A stretch of 32,030 nucleotides of DNA from Octopus bimaculoides (Eukaryota), in NCBI RefSeq assembly GCF_001194135.2, contig NC_068981.1, positions 29,496,733 through 29,528,762 on the forward strand. Direction: 5' to 3'. The position numbers and the translations under genes are program-made. The notes below the pieces were generated by a model. That model worked only from the letters and a program-made list of their open reading frames with translations, did not search any database and was not told the DNA's origin. Below are positions 1 to 9,639 of this stretch, piece after piece (the stretch's first letter is position 1; each line of letters begins with the position of its first letter).

Positions 1-46
<46 letters not shown>
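1..46. repeat. (TA)n microsatellite
   Basis: Direct reading. Confidence 0.99.
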
Positions 47-50
<4 letters not shown>

Positions 51-239
51 AGAGAAGAACCACTGATTCAAACAATGAAGTAGACCAATCACCATCCAGA
101 AAGGCGTACTCAACAAAATACTAATTTTAAAATCTATAAAATCTAAAAGAAAAGTATAATGTTCATTAAAATCTATAAAATACTAGACTAAAAATTTAAT
201 TCAACTTAATAAATTGCTAAAATAAATGTTAAAGTGTTC

Positions 240-341
240 ACTACGCGCGTTTCGTGGCCACATAATATCAGAAAAATCAGTACAATTCACAATAAATTGA
301 TCACGATTATATTCTACTCAAAATACGGTCACTCCTCAGGT
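240..341 (-). ncRNA. Type I hammerhead ribozyme-like motif with long stem II loop
   Basis: Minus strand: CTGAGGA (339-333), GTGACC (332-327), 67-nt loop, GGCCAC (259-254; 5/6 pairs with GTGACC), GAAA (253-250), CGCGCG, GTA cleavage triplet (244-242). Stem III is palindromic (ACGCGCGT). Stem I is only 2 bp. Confidence 0.65.
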
Positions 342-343
342 CT

Positions 344-831
344 CTGGAAAAATAAGTATTTAAATACCGTATCTTACTAAATAAATAATAAGAATATCAG
401 TACTTGTAGGAAAGCTCTATAAATGAAATGTAAACTCTTGATAATAATCATTCAAGTTAAAGTTATGGTTCATCTAAAATAATATCTGTGGAAAGATGGT
501 AAACATCTTTATGAACAGAAATACACATAAAACGATAGAGTTATTAAATAAATAAATTCGAACGTTAAACAATATTAGTAAAATAAACGGCATCACTTAT
601 CTTATCGATGATCTCTTGTTCACTCTGATATTAGCCTTAATGCGTAGAATTTATACGAAGTAAGTCACGTGACAATATGGCGTCTCTCCGTGAACTCAAA
701 TATTAAGCTTTATGCATAGAATTTATGATATATAAATCCCGTGATAATATGGCGTCACAGGAAGAAGAAAAAAAAGAGCGTATTATAATGAAAAAAATTG
801 ATGACATGTGTAATTGAATAGGAGGACTCAC
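344..831 (-). other. Putative spliceosomal intron inside the Penelope-like 3'/pLTR region
   Basis: Donor ATAG|GTGAGT at 831 and acceptor CTTATTTTTCCAG| at 344 on the minus strand; 488 nt. The acceptor lies 4 nt upstream of the hammerhead core. Confidence 0.5.
641..756. repeat. Imperfect tandem duplication (72-bp period) with YY1-like and E-box motifs
   Basis: TGC(G/A)TAGAATTTAT...GTGA(C/T)AATATGGCGTC at 641-684 and 713-756. The minus strand reads CGCCATATT (YY1-like GCCATNTT) twice. Palindrome GTCACGTGAC at 664-673. Confidence 0.6.
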
Positions 832-1046
832 CTATAATATACTATTTACTGGAATATTACAATCTTAATTATTATTAAAGTCTAAATAATTAGAACTAAT
901 AAAAGAGGAATATCAAGTAAATAATGCTACATTTTAAGGAATAAATACATTTCATTAAACTTATTATTTAATGTAACTATACTTTATACTCTTCTAGGAA
1001 AGTATTACTACAGCAAGTAACTTAAAATAAGGTTTGCCTACACACA

Positions 1047-1350
1047 TTATCTAAACTTATTATATAAATTATTCAACTTATGTCTACATTTCATTTTACG
1101 TTCATCTTGGGAATTTATTAGTCTTTTATTATCAGTTAATAATATCTCCTTAAACTCGTTAGTACATAAAGAACAAAGCTTATTACCTATTGGATAAGAT
1201 TTTGCCTTACAAACTATCTCCCATTTTAAATTGTACTTAATTCCTTTGGATTTAAGCTCCCATATGTATTTACTAAGGCCAGTGGAATTAATTAAATTTC
1301 TATTCTTAAAATAATACATATATTAAGCCACTCGTGATTTAATTTTATGA
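1047..1350 (-). pseudogene. C-terminal part of a Penelope-like GIY-YIG endonuclease
   Basis: ORF 1047..1319 with S-x-L-S-K-Y-I-W, K-W-x-I, CxxC (CSLC), LIN and KCRH motifs. Upstream it is broken by TAA and then truncated at a microsatellite; no RT domain remains. Confidence 0.8.
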
Positions 1351-1384
1351 AATATATATATATTTATATGTATGTATACGTTTG

Positions 1385-1612
1385 TGTATGTATATGTATG
1401 TATATGTTTGTGTGTCTGAGTTTGTCACACCACTATCGCTTGACATCCGATGCTAGTGCGTTTACCTCCCCTAACATAGCAGGTCGGCAAAAGAGTTCCA
1501 TGCAATAAGTACTAGGCTTACAAAGTGTACGTCCTGGGGTCGATCTATCGAGTAAAGGCGGTGTTCCAACATGGCCGCAGTCAAATGAATGAAACAAATA
1601 AAAGAGTAAAAG
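1385..1612 (+). mobile_element. SINE family A, 3' half only
   Basis: Colinear with 1810-2029 (GCTTGACA.CCGATGCT.GTG.GTTTAC.TCCCC...AATAAGTACTAGGCTTACAAAG...GGCGGTG.TCCA.CATGGC..CAGTCAAATGA.TGAAAC). It starts at a microsatellite. Confidence 0.85.
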
Positions 1613-1634
1613 AGTATATATATATATATATATA

Positions 1635-2029
1635 GGCGTAGGAGTGGCTGGGTGGTAAGTAGCTTGATTAGCAAGCACATGGTTCCGGGTTCAGTCCCAC
1701 TGCGTGGCACCTTCGGCAAGTGTCTTCTACTATAGCCTCGGACCGACCAAACCTTGTGAGTGGATTTGGTAGACGGAAATTGAAAGAAGCCCGTCATATA
1801 TATGTATGTATGTGTGTGTACATGTTTGTGTGTCTGTGTTTGTCCCCCCAACACCGCTTGACAACCGATGCTGGTGTGTTTACGTCCCCGTAACTTAGTG
1901 GTTCGGCTAAAGAGACAGATAGAATAAGTACTAGGCTTACAAAGAATAAGTCCTGGGATCGATTTGCTCGACTAAAAGGCGGTGCTCCAGCATGGCTACA
2001 GTCAAATGACTGAAACCAGTAAAACAGTA
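1635..2029 (+). mobile_element. tRNA-derived SINE family A, near full length, with internal microsatellite
   Basis: Pol III A-box-like GGAGTGGCTGGGTGG and B-box GGTTCAGTCCC; body GCACCTTCGGCAAGTGTCTTCTACTATAGCC; internal (TA)/(TG) tract at ~1796-1840; 3' half matches the copy at 1385-1612; runs into an N-gap. Confidence 0.9.
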
Positions 2030-2534
2030 NNNNNNNNNNNNNNNNNNNNNNNNNNNNNNNNNNNNNNNNNNNNNNNNNNNNNNNNNNNNNNNNNNNNNNN
2101 NNNNNNNNNNNNNNNNNNNNNNNNNNNNNNNNNNNNNNNNNNNNNNNNNNNNNNNNNNNNNNNNNNNNNNNNNNNNNNNNNNNNNNNNNNNNNNNNNNNN
2201 NNNNNNNNNNNNNNNNNNNNNNNNNNNNNNNNNNNNNNNNNNNNNNNNNNNNNNNNNNNNNNNNNNNNNNNNNNNNNNNNNNNNNNNNNNNNNNNNNNNN
2301 NNNNNNNNNNNNNNNNNNNNNNNNNNNNNNNNNNNNNNNNNNNNNNNNNNNNNNNNNNNNNNNNNNNNNNNNNNNNNNNNNNNNNNNNNNNNNNNNNNNN
2401 NNNNNNNNNNNNNNNNNNNNNNNNNNNNNNNNNNNNNNNNNNNNNNNNNNNNNNNNNNNNNNNNNNNNNNNNNNNNNNNNNNNNNNNNNNNNNNNNNNNN
2501 NNNNNNNNNNNNNNNNNNNNNNNNNNNNNNNNNN

Positions 2535-2598
<64 letters not shown>
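2535..2598. repeat. (TG)n microsatellite next to N-gap 2030-2534
   Basis: Direct reading. Confidence 0.99.
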
Positions 2599-2600
<2 letters not shown>

Positions 2601-3179
2601 GACACATGACTCTAAATAGGATTGGTTGATAAAAAACGTTATTCCAAATCTTTTTCTCAAGAGGTCGATCCTGTTTTACCTTTCAGGTGCGACATTTTAA
2701 AACACTACTAGGGGAAAATCTATGCTTAACCGAAGGCAACAAAGGGAGAAATATACCACAGAAGCCTATTTTTACATTTTGTTCTTTCATTTCTCCCAAG
2801 TCGAAATATTCTTCAAACAAAATTAGCATTGAAACATAAAATTTCGGTCTTTCTAACCAAAATATCACAGATGGATGGTTTGTAATAAAAATTGTGATGG
2901 TTAAAAAAAATAAACATCACTAAACCTCTTTGAGTAATGAAAACTAAAAAATATAAGATTATATATAATTTAGCATTATGTTCTCATCACCTCATATGCC
3001 AGTCGAATGTGGAATGTAAGTAATTTCAATGCATGATCAACCAATAAGGCTAGAATATTCCGAAATATTTCAGTGAGATATTTTGTGTCATACGAATAAA
3101 TACAAACGAAAAGTCAACCAAGAATGCGAATACCTTATAAATAAAATCTATGCTTCATGATGTCTCTTGACTCACTTAC

Positions 3180-3223
3180 AAATGGCACCCCACATGAAGT
3201 CCCTTGAAAATTACCCATCACGA
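3180..3223 (-). CDS. Candidate 44-nt micro-exon of an unknown host gene
   Basis: Acceptor TCATTTTTTCCTCCCTTTCTTACGGCGTTAG| and donor |GTAAGTGAG. Only one frame is open (xVMGNFQGTSCGVPF). No homology recognised. Confidence 0.3.
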
Positions 3224-3334
3224 CTAACGCCGTAAGAAAGGGAGGAAAAAATGACTGTAGGTAATATTCCCGCTCGGCTTCACGAGAGTGTATAAAAAAG
3301 TAAATTGGTATAGATTAACAATACAAAAAAAAAA

Positions 3335-3335
<1 letters not shown>

Positions 3336-3382
<47 letters not shown>

Positions 3383-3569
3383 GTAACAAAAGGTCTTAAA
3401 GTAGTGATATAAAAAAATGTGATAAAAAAGATCAAGAAGTAAAGAGAGTACTGAGTAACAGCACCGTAAAACTGCCAACGTAGTGGAGAGCAAATTCTTC
3501 GCAACGACAAGGGAAAAGCGTTCACATGCACATAGAGATATATACAAGAATATGGGTGTACGTGCTTGT

Positions 3570-3600
<31 letters not shown>

Positions 3601-3736
3601 TATATACAAACACACACACATATATACAGAAAGAGAGGAGAAAGTGCGATACTTGCATAAACAGACAGACAGACAGATAGATAGGTAGATAGATATATAG
3701 ATAGATAGATAGATATATAGATAGATAGATAGATAT

Positions 3737-3774
<38 letters not shown>

Positions 3775-3815
3775 GGATGGATAGATAGATAGATAGATGG
3801 ATGGATGGATAGATA
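3336..3815. repeat. Cluster: (TAA)n 3336-3383, (CA)n ~3568-3596, (GACA)/(GATA)/(GATG)n ~3660-3815
   Basis: Direct reading. Confidence 0.97.
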
Positions 3816-3919
3816 GTGCTAAGGATTTCAACTTTATCTTTTTATTGAATATACTCTTGTTTGTTACTACAACAACCACTACTACCGCTACTATTAATAA
3901 TAACAGTAGTGGTAGTATG

Positions 3920-4102
3920 GGCAAATAGTCTGAAATTTTGGAGGCGAGGTTAAGTCGAGTACTTAACTGGTACTTAATTCGTTGAACTCGAAAGGATGAA
4001 AAGCAAAAATCGACCTCGGTGGAATTTGAACTCAGAACGTAAAAAGGGATACGAAAAAATGCCGCCAAGCATTTTGACAACACGCTAGTGAACCCGGCAG
4101 CT
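3920..4102 (-). mobile_element. tRNA-derived SINE family B
   Basis: Reverse complement matches the family pattern AGCTG.CAG...TAGC...AAATGCTT.GCGG.ATTT...TTCTGAGTTCAAATTCC.CCGAGGTCGA.TTT.C.TTTCATCCTTTCG...TAAGTACCAGTT seen at 26157 and 29536. Confidence 0.85.
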
Positions 4103-4129
4103 TTCCATCTAATTACTACTCATAATAGG

Positions 4130-4208
4130 CCTTTTTAGCTTTTGTCTCATGACCAGCAGTTTTGATGGGGAGGGAGACTTGATTGCAGAGAGTCCTGTAT
4201 TTAACTGG
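4130..4208 (-). mobile_element. SINE family B, 3'-end fragment
   Basis: Resembles the 3' end of the copy at 26157-26240 (CCTTT...TTTTG.GGGGAGGG...GATT...ACTGG). Confidence 0.45.
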
Positions 4209-4224
4209 CCCGTGAGCTGAGCAC

Positions 4225-4375
4225 AAGGTAAGGTTATACGAGCTGAGAACAAGATAAGGTAGTACTTTTGATTCTGGTTTTCGATAGTATGCTGTGTCCT
4301 TAAGCAAGGCAAATCATTTCACGTGGTTCCAGCCTTCTCAGCTGTAAAAGAGTACGAACTGAGTACTGGTGCAGC
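4225..4375 (+). mobile_element. Degenerate SINE family C (CORE/V-like body)
   Basis: GTGTCCTTAAGCAAGGCAAATCATTTCACGTGGTTCCAGCCTTCTCAGCTGTAAAAGAGTAC is shared with 8575-8628 (GGCACTTGATTTCAATAGCTGCAGTCTACTCAGCTGTAATGAGTAC). Confidence 0.45.
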
Positions 4376-4519
4376 TCTCTCCCTCTCTTTTTCTCTCCGT
4401 CTAGTATCCCCGATGTTCCCCAGGAGGGCAATATTGAGAGGAGTACATATGTTCACTCGCACCTAAAACAAGCGTATACACAGTACAAAGCTGCAACTGA
4501 CGGCATCGTTCCATATCTA

Positions 4520-4690
4520 AACATGCATACATACATGCGTGTGCGCGTGTGTGTTTGAGTCTGCGTGCGTGCGTGCGTGCGTGCGTGCATGCGTGCGTGC
4601 GTACGTGCGTGCGTGCATGTATGTATATGTGTATATGCAAATATACCTGTGCGCACTCGCATACGCACACACATACATATACATTTATAC
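4520..4690. repeat. Compound (GCGT)n/(TG)n/(CA)n microsatellite
   Basis: Direct reading. Confidence 0.95.
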
Positions 4691-4739
4691 ATTGCTTAAT
4701 GTGGAATGAAGGAGGAAGGAGTGCTCAATACATGTAGTA

Positions 4740-5800
4740 AAGGATACGGCTTCGTATTAAAATTGAAGCGGCGATTTCGTCTCGCTATTCTCGTTTCACG
4801 CCACCGAGGGCTTCGGGCAAAGTATGTACATATTTCTAATCATTAAACTATTCCTTTCTAACAGTGTGTCAGAATCTTCGTTCCCTCCATTTTCTTCGTT
4901 ATCTGGAGGATTTTCGCTGTTGTTTGGTTAAATTTGTTCCTCCTGGCCTATTTTCCTTATTCTACGTCAAGTTATTTTCTTGGAATATTTTGTTTCAAAT
5001 TTTCATCAACCGTTTTCCAGATTTTCATCTATAATTATTTCCTCCTCAGCGCACGACGAAGATGTGGTGCCATAGGTTGGTACTACTAAGAAAAGTGCTT
5101 TCTCGCCTATTTCTAATTCTAGGCCTAAGGATATTTCACTTTCCATCCCCAGAGTTTCGACTGGTGGAGTTTGTTGATCTTTTTGACGTTGCTGATCTTC
5201 ATTATGTAAGTTTACTTTATTTTTATTTAATTTTCCATTTCTTCCAGGCATTTACTTTTAAGGTGATTTTTAACAAACAGCAAGTAAGCTCCCTGCACTG
5301 CGCTTTTATCTTCTACACTCAGCACATTTTACACAACATTCTTCCAGTATGACTTTGTAGACTTACAACAAACGTAGCACGTGGGCTATCTGTCCTCTGT
5401 TATTAATCTTCTGCTTTTTGTCTTATTACTTTTTGCTAGGTGACATTCTTGAGAGGCTCTGTAACATTCAAGTGCCATTAGACGTTAAGACGTTACATTT
5501 CCTTAATTGTGCTTTGATAATTCGGTCAAAATGTGATTCACAAGCCGCGACCGCAACCGTGATCTTTCTCATTTCCAATATCTTATTATCATTCTTGTAT
5601 TTCTTTATTCCATGTACGGGTTGTTGGGAGTCGCAAATGCGTAAGCCAGAGATATGTCTGAATACTTCAACCAATGTTTTGGCTGTGTTTTCTATTTCAA
5701 ATGCACAGCAGATTATCTCGTGTATCTTGTCATTTAAGTTCAGAAAACAACAGCTGATGTGACCTGGAAGCCTGTTGCACTACTTTAAATGAAGGAAGAT
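4740..5800 (-). pseudogene. Highly decayed ORF1/gag-like remnant of a non-LTR retrotransposon (tentative)
   Basis: Minus-strand reading with stops and frameshifts gives ...QPVHGIKKY...RKITVAVA..., then EDR*PTCYVC and KNHLKSKC (broken zinc-knuckle-like motifs), a low-complexity acidic stretch and a basic end (RRNRRFNFNTKPY). Confidence 0.3.
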
Positions 5801-6045
5801 TCTCTACTCCTCTGTTTTTCTTAACCTTATAAATATAGATTAGATCCTGTTATACAGAAATGCTGTTCGGTTTTACAATATTTTCTCCCTTACATTTTTC
5901 ATGTAAGGTATGTTAAATCAAAAACCTGTTTGTTTACCTTTTATTTAATGAATGTTAATTTTGACTGCTGTGTGAATGGATCACAGTATTTGAAATCGTG
6001 TATGAGTCTCTACTGCGACCATTGTTGTTATTACCATTGATGTTA

Positions 6046-6244
6046 AAGCGGTGAGCTGGCAGAATCGTTAGCGAGCAGAATGCTTAGCGGCATTTTGTCC
6101 GTCCTTACTTTCTGAGTTCAAATTCTGCCAAGTTCGACTCAGCCTTTCATCCCTTCGTGTTCGATAAAATAAGTACCAGTTGAATGCTGGAATCAATTCT
6201 TCTCCTCCCGCGAAATTGTTGTCTTTGTTCCAAATTTTGAAACC
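6046..6244 (+). mobile_element. SINE family B
   Basis: GCGGTGAGCTGGCAGAATCGTTAGC (A-box), TTCTGAGTTCAAATTCTGCC (B-box), GCCTTTCATCCC, GATAAAATAAGTACCAGTTG. Confidence 0.9.
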
Positions 6245-6886
6245 AATGTTACATATCTGAGCGTTCCGAACGTTCTCTTCTATCAATTGTTCTCTAAAAT
6301 GTACATTTAGCTGTATATTTTGCTTCTATTTCTTGCGGGTGCCACTGTAATATTTAATTTGGCCGCATAATTATGTGTGGCAGCCATTTTGATTTCTTCT
6401 GGTGAGATATGGTCTCTAGTCATCTTAACACTGACCGCCCGCTGATTCTACGACAAAAAGTTGAGAATAAATCGAGATTTGACATTGTAAGTGATACCTT
6501 TACACTTCATTACCACAAAACTTGATTATGTTTGAATCGGTCGAATTGTGCCTCAATATTTCAACCTCTTTTGAGACAGTGATTTCGGTCGCAAAACCAT
6601 GAAGGGCCCTGTAGTTAACGTCTCGTTCAATGTATAGAATAACTCTCCATACATCGCGTTGCTGTTGTGAGGGCAACTAAACAGTATCTTCTTTGAGAGA
6701 CACAAATGACTGAGTTTTCTTTTTACCTACTGGTGTATATATTGACCATCGTTTTCCTAAAGTGTTTCTCCAGTTGCATGTCATTAATAATTTTAACACT
6801 TTCGCTAGTTAAAATATATGCACGAGTCTGTGCTATTATTGTTGCCGACGTTTGTTACTTTTATTGAAGCTGTTGATCATCTTGTA

Positions 6887-7423
6887 CAAGGTATCCCAGA
6901 ATTAACTATTTCATTGAAATCAGATATTTCTTTTCAAAAACTCACTTTTATTTGTGTTTATCATGTTTAATATATATGCAAGTGTATAACGTTTCAATTT
7001 CGTCATTAATTGTATAGTTTTTATAATTTTTGTTTTATAATTATATTTTCATTTCTGTTGGATTCCGCTTATCAGTCTACGACAGAGTTTTTTTCAATTT
7101 GACGGCAATCATTTTCTGTAATCCGACCACGGGATGGAACAATAGTTTAGCTGAACTTAAAGGACGCATTCAGTTAGCAACGCAGAAGATAAGTCTTAAA
7201 ATGCTTCAAAATGTGTTTCACAACACTGGCGATAGATTTCAAATTTGCGGGATACAGACGAAACACATGTTGAACATTTTCAAAAACCTTTTCGCGTAAG
7301 ATTTATAAATCTGTTTTGGTATCATAATTAAGTAATAAGCATAAAATTCTGTTAGTATCTTTTTTTCTTTTTTATAATTTGATCGATTTCATTGAAATTG
7401 ATAGTTAATTCTGGGATACCTTG
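6887..7423 (+). mobile_element. Non-autonomous Tc1/mariner element (internal deletion derivative, 537 bp)
   Basis: Perfect 23-bp TIRs CAAGGTATCCCAGAATTAACTAT (6887-6909 and 7401-7423); TA duplication at 6885-6886 and 7424-7425. The interior keeps a transposase C-terminus (LAELKGRIQLATQKISLKMLQNVF...RFQIC, then frameshifted THVEHF). Confidence 0.92.
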
Positions 7424-8110
7424 TATTTGTTTGCAGAATCCCGAATAATTTTCTGAGCAAAATTATTATTTTTAATTAAAGGGTCCTTCTCAACACCCAT
7501 TTTCTCTCGTTTTAAATAACTGCGTCTTCAAGTTCCCATTTTTACTTCTCATTTGTGAGTAACAATGTTCACTTTATTTGTCTAATTTGTATATTTCTTT
7601 CTTTTTAAGATTGAACATGTTGATCTGTGTAACGATGTTTACGAAATTCACAAGAAGGAATGGATAAACAATAGCTTTTCCACAAAAGTTGAACGAACTT
7701 CACATCGTTGGGAAGACTTCTGCTAGTTAAATAGTCCAAAATTTGAAAGACAGAAAAATTCCATTTAAAATTAGTAAAACACGAGATCTTTGTAGCTTAC
7801 AGCATCATCAAAATGCATAAGTCAATAACAGACTTGAAACAATACACTCTCCCACGTATTCTTGCCTTATTACCTACCACTCCATGTTATAACTCAACCC
7901 CCGCAGAACATAATCTGTTCAACAAAATAACACAAAGCATTAGACAGAACCAACATCCAATAATATAAATAGAATAATGTACACAGCACATAGTTTACAT
8001 CAACAGTTTACAACTCTTTAGACTTTCTGACGCATCGGCGGTCAAATAAAGAATTACTGACTGTACTTTTCATGGAAACTTTCAAAAATTAAACCAATTA
8101 AAATCTAAAA

Positions 8111-8225
8111 GTGTGTGTGTGTGTGTGTGTGTGTAGTTGTATAGATTATATATATATATATATATATACATACACAGACACCCACACATATACACACAGA
8201 CAGAGAGTAAGAGAGTGAGAGAAAG
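8111..8225. repeat. Compound (GT)/(TA)/(CA)/(GA) microsatellite
   Basis: Direct reading. Confidence 0.95.
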
Positions 8226-8494
8226 AGAAAGAAAGGGAGAGAGAATTTTGCATTGTTTTACTAATTATTCTTGTACGTTACAAAATTAGTATGAACTACT
8301 CCAAGATGCTCCAAAATATTAATAAGGATTATCTAAAACTTTACATTATGTATTGAAAAATTGACGACGCATCTACATACCCTTCGCTGCACATGATTTG
8401 AAAATCATTGCTCTGCACAATCAGCAACTAATAACAAAAACACAACACATACGCTTACATAACTGACATCTCATAAACCAATAACAAGAATCGT

Positions 8495-8800
8495 GAAGAC
8501 GAATCGTCTAGTATTTAAGTGTTCGGTTTATGATCGATATCGCGAGTTCAACGCCTTAATGTAGTGACGCGCTTGGGAGAGAGGCACTTGATTTCAATAG
8601 CTGCAGTCTACTCAGCTGTAATGAGTACCACCCGGGTTCTGGCTGTTACACTTTGGATGTGACGCCAGACAAAATGTATAAGGGCCGAGGTTGTGTCTAT
8701 GCTTGCTTATGACTACACACTCACCTGAAACAATTAGCGTAAGTAAAATACATCATCAGCCCGCCATTCTCGTTCGCGAGTGTCCGACTGTGCACAAGTG
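8495..8800 (+). mobile_element. Degenerate tRNA-derived SINE family C
   Basis: tRNA-like head (TCTAGTATTTAAG...TGTTCGG...GATCG...GAGTTCAACGCC) followed by the CACTTGATTTCA...CTACTCAGCTGTAATGAGTACC body. The 3' boundary is approximate. Confidence 0.5.
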
Positions 8801-9639
8801 CTACCCAATAAACACTATTATAAAACCAACTCAACACTGTCTGTGCAATAACCAGACACTGCTGTAACACATAACGCAACTCATAAATAACAAAAAGTAA
8901 AAATTTACACGACTCATATTACATACGTTGTACAAAACATTAAATAATAAAAACAAGCCTCAACAATGAGAAACAGCTGTAGTATACAAATACAACTCTA
9001 TGCACTAAAAGCACAGTTGGTGCACACGCTTCAAGAACACAGAGGTGCACCTGGCGGTGCATCACAAGTTCGCATGAATCTTTTGAAAACATGATGATGA
9101 TAGTATTAATAACGATTTCTTATATAGGAACATCAAACATTTGGAAATGTACAGGAAGCATTAATAAATACAGAAAACCTAGAAAAATATTGAAAATAAA
9201 GCAAGAAAAAATATTTGTTGAGTATATGAGACAATGCAATCTGCTCTCTTGTGGTGTCGTTAAAAGTATTATATAAATGAGAGAAATGTAATTAAGATGT
9301 TTAAACGATACACTTGTAATATTTGCTGTGAAAAATACGAATAATTTGTATATCGGAAAGAAACAAATAACTACGAAGTTAGACTAAACATTAGACAAAT
9401 ATTGAACAATTACAAAGATTATAGAATAGATGTATGTGTGTGTGACCGCGTGTGAATGTATGTAGACACACACATACATACACAGAGCAGAGGTGTATGC
9501 GTAAGTGTGTATAGTGAACTTATAAATACAAATATATGTAAAGTTTACTAAATATTAAAAAAATGAAGGTTATGTTAGAGAAAGTATATTTATCGAATAG
9601 ATGCTGAGGTGTGTGATTGGGTACAATATGAAATTATCT

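Larger units (their letters stand above)
47..1350 (-). mobile_element. Penelope-like retroelement, 5'-truncated 3' fragment (end of GIY-YIG endonuclease plus 3' UTR/pseudo-LTR)
   Basis: The minus-strand ORF has the PLE endonuclease tail pattern (NSTGLSKYIWELK...KWEI...KAKSY...CSLC..E...LIN...KCRH). The frame continues to ~1350 through one in-frame stop (KSRVA*YMYYF). A hammerhead fold and a GT-AG intron lie downstream. TA-type microsatellites flank both sides. Confidence 0.8.

Noticed and set aside
1635-1705. tRNA-like A/B boxes at SINE heads (also 6046, 8495, 26371, 29536)
   Set aside because: No complete cloverleaf; each continues into a SINE body, so they are not tRNA genes.
1794-2660. 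Long ORFs in the supplied track crossing N-gaps and dinucleotide repeats (also 9601-12313, 14568-15311, 20640-21455, 27083-27958)
   Set aside because: They are open only because N runs and (TG)/(TA)/(CA) repeats lack stops; the translations are HT/CV/YI repeats or X.
2687-2839. Plus-strand acceptor TTTTACCTTTCAG followed by a 50-codon frame (VRHFKTLLGENL...KISIET*) and AATAAA
   Set aside because: No recognisable homology and no upstream partner exon visible; such signals arise by chance in AT-rich DNA.
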